From: Chrysomallon squamiferum
Taxonomy: Eukaryota > Animalia > Mollusca
Length of the DNA: 64,000 bases
Reading direction: 5' to 3'
Assembly (NCBI GenBank): GCA_012295275.1
Contig: CM022667.1
Coordinates: 16,616,001 to 16,680,000 of the forward strand
This document shows positions 1 through 12,300 of the stretch, one piece after another. The position numbers and the translations under genes were made by a program. The notes under the pieces are model-generated. The model saw nothing but the letters and a program-made list of their open reading frames with translations. It was not told where the DNA came from and made no database searches. Position 1 is the stretch's first letter. Every line of letters starts with the position of its first letter.

Positions 1-219
1 CAGTTGTGCAACCATTTTAAAGAATTTATATATGTGTATATTCAAGTTATAAATGTGGCTCTTGAAATTAATTGTGAACTTATGTAAATCGACTTAGATT
101 TTATTTTAATAACTGCTATCAGTGATTAAACTTACTGAAATAGGAGAGGCTTTTATTTATTTTTAAATCCATTCAAGTGTATTGTTAACTATGAATGCAT
201 TATTATTATTATTATTATT

Positions 220-263
<44 letters not shown>

Positions 264-1339
264 CAAAACTGTGACGCCTAAATTAAGCACTCAATAAAAC
301 TGAACCATTTTAGATACAGAAATATGATCGTATATCATCAAACATCATCTGATTACCTTTAGATCTCTGAACATCGCTAAAATACTTTTGGAATTAAATA
401 TTATGCTGCAGTTTAGAATTTAGTGAAATTTCAAATTTTCAGAATCAGATTATTTTTATTTACACAGAGTCTTAATTTTAATATTGCATATTGTCGCAAT
501 TTTTAATTTACTGCGGAAATACTAAGGCTATTTTATTATACATTTTTATTTTATTATTATTACTATATTAACTACGAACAAATGATCTATTAAAAGTGTA
601 TAAGTTATGTTTTGTCATTTTGCTCTTCAAATTATCACTGTAAAATAATATTCTTACCAAAAATTATTTATCACGTCATTAATATCACAGAACGTCTTTA
701 CATAGTTTAACGACTGTATTATATATTGTGAACCTCATACTACTTAAATTCTTGAATCCCCGGAAGACTCTTTACAAAATTTCACTAATACGTAATCTCT
801 GGTGTTATATCTTCAGTATGTCAAATAAAATGTACACCTTGTTATGAGTATAATGAAAGTTGTATAATGAAAATAAAATATATATATATACCTACGGTGT
901 AAATATCCTTTTACAGATTTGTTTACAGTTCTATAATTTAAAATTTCTGAATGAACTTGAAGTAGGTATGTTACAAAAATATTCAACTCGAAGATACCAG
1001 AAAATATCCTGTTTCATCGGATACAGCCTTAAGAAAGAAACAAAATGAGACCAAAATTTTGAAATATTTTTGACGCTGCAAAATGTACCAATTCTCTTCT
1101 TATTGTTTTTCTATATCAATTGGCCAAATAGTGTGATCCAGAGTAAAACAGAAAAAGAGCCGAAAAAGTCTATATCTCCTCAAAAATGTACAAAAGAGAA
1201 GTGTAAACACTGTTTTAATTTTTTTTTTTTTTTTTTTGAAGCCAAAGGAAACATCAACAAAAGCCGAAAAATCGCTGAAAACAGAATTAGAGTATAAACA
1301 AAAGCTTTAAACAGTTTATAATAACATAAACAAACGCTC

Positions 1340-1810
1340 TCGACCAATCAGAAGGCAGCATTTGGTTGACGTATCCTTATTCCCTCAAACAGCTACGTCC
1401 ATTATATTAACAAAGAATTGCGTGCAATATCGTCCGCAATCAAATAAGCCATGTTCGCAAATGTAGACTCACACGAAATTTGGCAGAAATAAAGTTAAAT
1501 AAATGAGCTATTGAAAGCGTATGTATTTTTTTTTTTTAAATAGCTCACTTGCTAAGACTACTTGGATGACTTTGTAAGGTTTTTTGAACTTTGTTCGCAA
1601 CAATATTGGAGATGCTTGTGTTTAAAAGAAATTAAATTATGGAAGGCGAGGATGCGTAGAAATGTGAGCAAACACTCATCAATAATTGTATTCTTGGAAA
1701 TCTATTTATAAGCTGTCAACAGGCCATTTTCTGAGGGTCCTCTCTCTGTCCGCTGCTACTAGAGAACGAGGCCATCAGTGATTAACGGAAAAGCCGTGAC
1801 AGCGGTAAGT
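1340..1810 (+). promoter_or_regulatory. Candidate promoter / non-coding first exon (CCAAT box, GC-richer island, consensus donor)
   Basis: GACCAATCAG at 1342-1351 (CCAAT 1344-1348), locally higher GC, strong donor G|GTAAGT at 1804/1805, no long ORF. A link to the gene at 4292 is inference. Confidence 0.3.
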
Positions 1811-2631
1811 GCGTAACTGTAACATTGCTACTTGAAGATAACCTTTAATATATGTGGCTTTTCATATGAAATAAATTCTTCTTTATTCTTTTTTCGTTTA
1901 TTTTAGTTTATACCATTTTTCTTGATTGCTATCATTAAAACAAGAATAACATTAACAATGTAGTCTGTTGTAGGCATACGACAGAAATTTGAAACAATGT
2001 GATTATTAAAATTAAACATGCAATTTCTAATGTTTAACCGTTATATAATTAAAGCTTAACTATAGTTAAGAAGGTCAGTGGATAATATCCTTATCACATA
2101 GCGTTATATATTAGTGAAAATATCACTGATCCATAGTTGTATGGGTCGATATAAGAATTACAGATTCTGTTTAATTGATCTATATATGAATTATAAAGTC
2201 AAATGGGAACAGCTGCATGTTTTAATTATTTAGTCATGGTTTAATATGTATATTTATGAATTAAAAATTCATGGCTTCGTCAAAGCCTTTGTTTTTCGGT
2301 TCATTGTTTGAATTATGAACCCATAGTAAATTCAGAATTTTCAAGAACATTTATATAAACAGGTTGTTAGCTGTAAAATAAAATAATCCCTAATTCTTAA
2401 CGATAAGTGGGTACATTAGAAGTCCGTGGATTGATCTGTCGATTAGTTGGTAAAAGATTTGCAGTTTTATTAATGATCGGTGGTTTACATGAGTCTTACC
2501 TTGATAAGTCATCGGATTATGATTTATAACTTTGTAGACAAGAGACTGGACTGAAGAGACATAAAACTAAATATATTCAGTGGATTGTCTACACAGACAC
2601 AGATTTTACAAATAGGTTTTGTAAATCTTAA

Positions 2632-2665
<34 letters not shown>

Positions 2666-2720
2666 GCGCGCGCATACACACACACCCATATATATATATG
2701 TATGTGTGTGCGTGTGTGTT

Positions 2721-2762
<42 letters not shown>

Positions 2763-2970
2763 TAAGGGAAGAACTACGTAAAGTAAGGCTTGAAAAGCAG
2801 CAGAACAAACTGATCATATACAAGGACCAGATGTAGTAATATTTAATAAATATTTAATATATCACCTCTTATTAGATTCACGATAGTGTTTGAACCTGTT
2901 TCGTACTGTTTGATCAGTCATTTCCAGATATACATGAGCTAACGTTCTCTCGCAATAACTCTCAATTACA

Positions 2971-3008
<38 letters not shown>

Positions 3009-3498
3009 TGATAATGATGATAATAATAATAACAACAACAAGATTCAGAAAATACGTAAAACTGACAAAAACAGCGAGAAGAAATAATAAATGTCTTTGT
3101 TCAAAATCTCTTTGTTGCATTTATGCATTTCAAACCGTGCATAAATGGATTTAAATTTCATTGTTATTTCATCTTTTGTCGAAATCTAATAAATCATTTA
3201 TGGATTAAGATCTGATGTTTCCAACAAAAGCACATAATGCCGTTTTTGTTCATCTTTTCCGGTTTTATGTCTTTGTTCTCACACACAAACACACACACAC
3301 ATACAAACATACGCACACGCACACACAGATCAGTAGAAAATAATTGCAATGTTAACACAAATAAAAAAATACAAAGATAACGTGCAGGGAATACGTGGCA
3401 AGCACACTACCAGCGGACAAATATACTTCGCAAAAGACTCCAACAAAAAATCAGTTTCAATACTCTTTCTTTTTTATATTGTAATATACCTACGTACA

Positions 3499-3617
<119 letters not shown>

Positions 3618-4291
3618 CTGTATGTATTTCTATGCATGTGTATATTTATCTATCTATCTATATATATTTACATATTTTAATATCTGGCTGTTTCCGACAA
3701 TTGTTTTCTAATAATGAAGATGATGACGCATACCCTTTTTTTAAGGATAACCTTATAAAACACAGACGACTGAAATAATAAATAAGAAGTCACATGAATG
3801 CATATATAAATGTATAGATAAACAAACAAAGACAATTTAAGAAATAATATTAAGAAAAGAAAATAACAAAACAAAACAAACAAATATATTTTTATTTATT
3901 CATTTTCGTTTTTAAATCAATATCAACGTTGCTAATGCACATTGTGTTCAGAAGATTAAAATCTGCCAGTTAGAAGCAAGCTGAACATTCAATATGTTAG
4001 TCAAGTGAAAGCAGCTGAAAAATCGATTTCAATTTAAATAATTTTGGTTTTGTTATTTATAATCAGTGTTAGAATAGTTTGAATACTTCGTTTTATGACT
4101 CAGTTATGACAACTAATTGTTTGGTCTGTTGACGTCAGTGTGTCGTGGCAAAGATCCAGAGGAAAGATCCAGAACAACATATCCAGCTATACATGAAGTT
4201 ATAGATAGAACAATGTAAAGGCATATTACAGCACATACACGTTTTACAGCTGCACCCTAGGACAATATATAGATATATTACAACTCAAGGA

Positions 4292-4368
4292 ATGAATTTC
4301 AAACTTTTATTTTTGTGTTCTGGACTCTTCGGTATTTATAAAACAGGCAAGTGACAAACATTTTTCTT

Positions 4369-4399
<31 letters not shown>

Positions 4400-4537
4400 T
4401 TATTATTACCATTGTTCTTGTTTATATTATTATTAATGTTACTATTACTCTACTGCTACTACTACTACTGTTACTATTACTACTACTATTACTGCTACTA
4501 TTACTACTACTACTAGTACTACTACTACTACTACTAC

Positions 4538-4570
<33 letters not shown>

Positions 4571-5166
4571 TGTTCTTGTTTCTATTATTATTAATGTTAC
4601 TATTACTACTATTGTTACTACCACTACTGCTACTATTACTACTAGTACTACTACTACTACAATTATTATTATTATTATTAATTCAGTTATTGTTGCTTTT
4701 GTTGTTGCTGGTGCTGTTGCTACTGTTATTGTGGGTGACTAGTTGTTTTGATACATCTACTACAATAATAACATCTCCCATATATATTATCCCTTTTACA
4801 GCTTCTGCTGTTGCTACAATTATTACTTTAACTATGCCTATCATTACCACTACTACTGCTACTATTGCTAATGTTACTACTACACTTATGATAATGCCAT
4901 TATTACTCTACTACTTATACTATTCCAACGACTGCTCATACTATTTTTTCTACATCGATTCCACTTCCCAGCTCTTTTTCTGGACTGTCCTGAACCCGCT
5001 CCAGTGGCCAATGCTTACCGAGTGTGGAAAGGAGGATCTCCAGGAAGTGACGTCACGTATAAATGTGTGTACGGCTATCAACATACTTCTGGTGATCTGG
5101 TCAGAACATGTAATGGCGACAGTGGAACATTTTCTGGAACTGAACCGGTTTGTACACGTAAGTTTA

Positions 5167-5209
<43 letters not shown>

Positions 5210-5295
5210 GCTGCTGTTGATGTTGATGTTGTTTTTGTTGTTGTTGCTGTTGCCGTTGTTAGTTTATCATTATTATTTTAATGCAGCCGTAATCG

Positions 5296-5369
<74 letters not shown>

Positions 5370-8300
5370 AAGAGGAAAACAAAGTGATGGTGCGATATTG
5401 TGGAAAAGATAATTAATGCCGAACCAAACGAAACTGAGACTGTATATAAATACATTTTATTTTACTATCACGACCTTTTCCAAAAGTCTTTCTTCTAAAA
5501 TTTTCTGCCATTCAAGAAAAGATCATTTGTTATTTTAAAAGTCAATGTTGTAGTGGAATGTGGAAAGCCAGCTATTGTAGCTGGTGCTGACGTCGTTGTT
5601 TATAAAACACCTGGTCACAGTGACGTGGCCACCTACCACTGCTGGGACGGATACACACCAGTTAAAAACACAGAAAACAGAACTTGTGATCAAACTATTG
5701 GAAAATGGAACGGCGAACCACTGATTTGTTCAGGTGATTTAAATAATTATTCCAAATATTAATATATATAATTCAAAGTCAGATGTGAAATATTCCATTT
5801 TTCGACAAATTAAGGCAGAATTATCGTATGCTTTCTTGCATTTGATTTAACAATGACTTTTAATGGTAAATGCTAACTCGCAAATACAGTTATACTTCGG
5901 TATCGTCAATTAGCATCACGTTAGCATGGACACATAAAACAAATTCACACACACACACACACATGTATATATATAAACACATATTTGGTGTTTTTCGTTT
6001 TTGATTTTGTTTTTGTTTTAAATTAACAATTACCATTTTTTGAAACTCTAAGGGAGTCTAGGCCACATTACTAATGCATAATTTAATACATACTTTCACA
6101 ATCTTTGTTTCAGGTCCTATAAATGTGACATCCAGTAACCAGGCAACTCAGAGCTCAACTAAACCCAAAGATAACAAACAGTCATACGTTGCTGACGTGG
6201 CCGTAGATGGAACAAGTTTGTGTTCAAGTACAAAAAGAGAGATCAATCCATGGTGGATGTTGTCGTTCAGTGGTCGTAGATATATGATTCATAGAGCAAA
6301 ACTGTATTTGAAATCGAGTATGTTTATAATTGATTTGAATCTGTATATTATTATCCACTTCAGATAAGCATGTATCTGTCAAACTGATAAAAGCTATGAT
6401 CTAATCACACTAACGTTAACCATGCTAGCCTGCTAAAACACAATGGGTAGAGCGGGGCAAACAAAAGCCAATAGTAACAAAAGTTAGATATTTCCTTCTA
6501 CTGAATCTGAATTGAACTTCTATTTACACCCAGGCCGTAGTCCGCGGTATATGAGGATATAACATAATTATAACAAGATAGTAGATTTAAAATAATGAAC
6601 ATAATAATAAAATATATACACTATAATAGGCAGAGGATTCAAAAACAAATTCATGATTAAATTACAGAAAATAGAAAGTTTATACGGATATCTGATAAAA
6701 TTACAAATTCTGAGTCTAAAATGAGCCCTAATTAATTAATGAATCTTAATTAATCTTGAAATATCTAACACAAATTTATTTACTCATTATTGAATATTTT
6801 CTTGCAGTAACACTCAGTATATTTATGTTTTGTGATATCGCAGATTTATACAGCTACCGTTAAATCTAAACAAAGTATTTAGTTAGGTACATTTCACCTA
6901 TGTTTAACACAATAAAATACAGAGATTGTTTTATGAATATAACTTACACTTTATATAAGGTATCAATTTAGTATTGGACACTTCCATAGATCATGATATG
7001 CCATCTGTCATGGCATAGCATATTGTTTTATCTAAAACTGATTTACAATAATATTTAATTTTAAAATAGTGAAATATTAAATACATCATTTGAATGCATA
7101 TACAATAATTACAATTACGATATTACAGTATACCCTCACCTATTCGCGGTTCCCCATTCGCGGCCCCGCATATTCGCGGGTTAGGCTCTTAACCCTATCG
7201 CATCGTATGCTGGTATACCAGGCTAGCGTCATAACGTCATAAAAACAAATGCTCAGTAAACCGGGTTTTTGTAGGTCATAGAGACTTAAGTGCCTGAAGA
7301 GTAGGAATAATTACCTAAAGTGCTGTAAAGCAGCAGCTAAGCTGTGCCATACTGTACATTAGTGTTATCATCATCATCGTATGGCACTGCAAATTTCATC
7401 ATCATTTTATTATCATTCATTATTGGTGACAGCACAAACAATATCAAATTTTTTCAATTATTATTGCAATACAATAAATGCATACACTGTATGTACAGTG
7501 CAAATTTTTTGTGACCGTGTATTAATAATGTTTTTAATTGCATATTATTACTGAATTGTATTATTATTACCTGAACTGTGCGTACTGTATTTATCTGTCT
7601 GTTTGCCTTTAAATTTGTTCCACTTTCTGTCAATTCTAATACATATGTTGTACGCATAGAAAATGACTTTACGGTACAGTAATACAGTATGGGTAACTAT
7701 GCTATGCGGTGTTACTGTCCTCCTGCACTTACGTTTCTTTCTGATTAAAATATTGTTTCAGTACAAAATTAAAATGTGTTTACATTATCATTACTACATT
7801 AGTAAAATACATAACTGCATGCAATATTACTACATTATTACTGTATTAATGAGTAAGAGTGTCTTTAGAAAGTGTTTGGGAAGCATTTAGTACCGTATAT
7901 AATCTCATAATAGACGTTTTAAAACTGCATCCAATATTCGCGGTTTTTCGCTATTCGCGAGGGGGTAAAGAACGTAACCCCCGCGAATAGCGAGGGAATA
8001 CTGTATAATATTAACCTGTTTGTTATTATTTTGAAACATTTGTGATTTAGTGGACAACAACCGAGTTCTCTTGGCGTCATCTTCCGCTAAATTGAACTAT
8101 GTATTTAAAAGTAATCGTGCTGTATTATCTGCGTCAAGGAAATATTGCGGTGTTCGTCGTAAGTGGTATAAATTCCCAAAAATGTGAAATGGACCGCTCC
8201 TCATCCGGAGTATTAACTGTAGATTGTGGTGCTGGTGTTTCTGGAATGACACTTAAAGTCGTTGCAGTCTATAAAGTGAAAACCTCTCTTGAGATCTGTA

Positions 8301-9288
8301 ATGTTGTAATATTCGGCCTCGAAGACAGATGTGAGTTTTTTATAAACCTTTCGTATTTTTATATCTCTTTCACTTACAGTAGATATTACAATGCGTAGTG
8401 TTAATTAATATACTGAAAACGGACCGTTATCTACCTATCTATCTATCTATCTATATTATTTTTTGTTTGTTTCTTATATTTACTTGTTCATATATTAATT
8501 TACTAACTTTCTTACTTTTTTTTTTCCTTCATTTTATGCATTTACTATTTATTATTATTCGTTCATTTTATGCATACTATTTATTATTATTTGACTGTGT
8601 CATTTTGGGTGAGGACGTTAATCCTCCGATGTAATAACTCTTAAATAGGTGTGATTCGAATGAGTGATAATCGTATTCCAAAATATTTATTTTATATTGA
8701 ATATACAGTCCACAGAATGAAATAAACAAACTAAAGAATCTAATATATAATTTTATATTGGGTCTTGTATTTTTGTTTAAAATCTTTAAACAATTCAGGA
8801 TTTTTCCATTTTTTTATACGTATACATTTTTTCTTCATAGAAAGAAAGAAAGAGAGAAAAAATAGTGACAGATAAACACAGTCAGAGAGAGAAACAGAGA
8901 GAGAGAGAGAGAGAGAGAGAATGATGCACAACTAAGCTCTATAACAGAATTTAGTACATAAAACTGAGTTTTATACAATAGTATGATACAATGATAAAAT
9001 ATTTCGCAGCTGGATGTGACAAACCTGATTTTAAAATTGGTATGCGTCCTGCATTTAAATCAAAACATTTTGGATCTGTGGCTACATACAATTGTGAAGA
9101 GAGCGTAGGCTTCTACTTCACATCAGGAAAACATCAGACAGTTAAATGCGGCGTTAAGTTTAGTGAATGGCAACAAATTAAAATGCGCTGCACTCGTAAG
9201 TATATTTTTAAATTATATTTTTATGTGTGAAATAGCTTATTCGTTCATTTAATTATTTACATAATACTAGACTGATAACTAAAAATAC

Positions 9289-9336
<48 letters not shown>

Positions 9337-12300
9337 TTATTATTATATTTGTTTGTTTGTTTTTTGTTGTTGTTTTTTTTGTGTAGGATGTATGACATCT
9401 TACTGTTCTATTTTTTGTTTTTATTTTTTCTTCTGACGGAGGAGTGGTTTTCAGTGAAAACAAGATAACACATAGATACATACATACATACATACATACA
9501 TACATACATACATACATACATACATCCATACATATATATATATATGTATATGTATGTGTTTGTGTCTTCTTTTTCTTTCTTTCAAAAAACAACTTTTAAA
9601 AGCAGGTAACTAATTATTATTCATATTACTATGGACATTTTACAGGATCCAAGGCGATACTTACCAAGAAGAACATCAGTAGCACTGATAGTTCAGCGGT
9701 TATCTGGGCCATTAAAGAATATGTACGACCTCAGTCGATTGTATTTCATCTGAAGAAAGGTAGCTTTTTTCTTTATTTGCAGTTTCCAGTGTGCAAACAC
9801 ATATGCATAGATAAACACATGCACAGACAGATATTGACACAAGTATTATTACATTACGTATATACAAATACATACACATATTCTTACATATACACATTTA
9901 CAGATATACATACATACATACAGACATACACATACATAACATACATATTTACATACATATTTACATACTTTTATACGTATAACCAAATATACATATATTA
10001 ACCAACAAAAAAGTAATATTAAAGTAAAAACATTTTTGAACAAATTAAAAACTGACGCATCATACGTTTCTGTCCTTAAAATAAATAAATTCTATATACG
10101 TTTATTTATTTGTTTGTTTGTTTGCTTGTTTGTTTGTTTGTTTGTTTGCTTTTTCATTTGTTTGTTTGTTTGTTTGCTTGGTTGCTTGTTTATTTATTTA
10201 TTTATTTATTTGTGTATTTATTTATTTATTTATTTACTTATTTATTTACTTACTTACTTATTTATTTGCAGCGACAAGGATGAACGTGTTTGTGAGTGAC
10301 AATTACCACTTCAAGCCATCAACCAAATGTATAACTATATCTACGATTCAGCATGAGATCAACGGAGTGATGATATACTATTTCTGCCGTCTGCATCCGG
10401 AAACTCGCTACATTAAAGTGCTGACCAACACGACACAAATACTGAAGGACTCCACTTTGTACTTGAATGCTCTTGAGGAATGTAAAGAATTACATATTTT
10501 TCAGAACACGCTTTACAGATACCGAGTCTATGTTAACCTTGCTTTCTCTATTTGAAATAATGTATGGCAGTCGTAATACAATTTATTTAGTTGCAGCTCA
10601 AAATTATTTCGAGTGATGACTATAAGCACGTTAAGATATCAGTTCAAGTTAAGATAAATGAGATTTATGAAAGATCCAGTCTTAATTGAACAGTTTTGAT
10701 AAAGAAGAAATTAATGTCATTCTTTTGTCACATCGCCAGTTTTATGAAATTCACAATTCACAACATTGTATTACTCGTTCAGTTTGTTTGAAATATGAGT
10801 GAAAACTGTTTTAACCGAGTTTAGCTAAGAAAGATAAACAGCTGGTATATGGAAGAGGATAAGAAAAAAAAAACATAATCTAGATTTACTTGTGAATCAG
10901 TGACACTTGACATCTGATGGAGGCACTGACAAGAAATTAGTCCGATAAAACAATCATTCTTAATTTAACAATCCACGTTTCATTTAAAAGTTTTCTTAAG
11001 AAGATTTTGTATTTTTTCAGCTAAGGAGTGCACAGAAGATAGACAGTCTAAACTCTACATGGGCAAAATAAATTTTACATGGACAGGAGAGATCTGTGTT
11101 AGATGGGACGAAGTGGTAACTTCTCCATACAAAGCAGCTAACTTTTCAGACTGGAGATTAAAGGATACGGAAAACTATTGTCGTAATCCTTCTGGAAAGA
11201 AAAAAAGGCCTTGGTGCTACCTCTCTGTGGACGGCCGCTGGGATTTCTGTCCAGTTCTGAAATGTTGTAAGCAACTCTGTTCTTGTCTTATAGTCACGTG
11301 ACAAGTGTCGCTGTAAAGTAAGTAGTTCGTAAACTTCTTATTCTAGTGATTGTTAAGATGTTATTATTACCAGGATGACTAGTTGTAGTTATTGTTATTA
11401 TTATTATTATTATTATTATTTATTTATTTTTTTTTTTTTAACATGATTATTATTTCTCATATTCGTTATTAGTAATAATAATATTATAGTTCTATTTGTT
11501 TTTTCTATCACAGCGACTGAATGCATGTTTGGAAAATACGGCAATTTTTATGACGGTTTAGTTTCCAAAACCAAATCAGGCCAGACATGTCAAAAGTGGA
11601 ATAAATACAAACCTCATAAACATGACTTCAAACTGTTTAAGTTGTTTTATCGTGGTAAAAAAAATCACAACTACTGTCGCAATCCGCTGTCATCACAGAC
11701 ACGTCCTTGGTGTTTTACTACAAACAGCTCTCTGAGATACGAGCCCTGCGATATACCGAGCTGTCGTAAGTATAACGTTAAACTCGTAAAGGGTTAAGAA
11801 AAATATGTCCTGTCATTTAATCCATTTCTTTTTCTTTAGCCACAAACTTGGGCGAGAGATATGAAACAAATATTAAAATAATAGATTCACGTTTTTTAAC
11901 ATCATACAAACGGATGCCAGCTTGAGTATGAGAGTGAATAAAATATAAGGATGTTGTTTCCGTTAAGAATATTTAATACTTATAAAGTGCTTAGTAACTT
12001 CATTAACTCATACATTATTTAACTTTTTAATTTCAGCTGAACATTTTGATGTGTTCTCAGCCCGTCTTGATGATGTCGTGAGTCTGGATCATTTCAGAAA
12101 TCAAAGCTACTGCTACTTCTGGAACGAATCATTGAGGTATCAGTCATGGAAGCTGAATGATTTACATAAAAACTGTTTGTCGAGATCAAACATTGTTGTC
12201 GCCTGTGTCGCCGTGAAAGGAGTTGCAGACTACTGGAAATACGTCATCTTGAACTGTAGTAAGTATGTCATGCTTATAGAATAAATTAAACAGTGAATAT

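Noticed and set aside
4351-5220. 289-aa Leu-rich ORF resembling a membrane protein
   Set aside because: Intronic trinucleotide repeats; it crosses the real CCP exon in the wrong frame.
8051-8138. Alternative upstream acceptor for the second F-type exon
   Set aside because: Its phase-1 frame hits a stop and does not join the conserved LEICNV frame.
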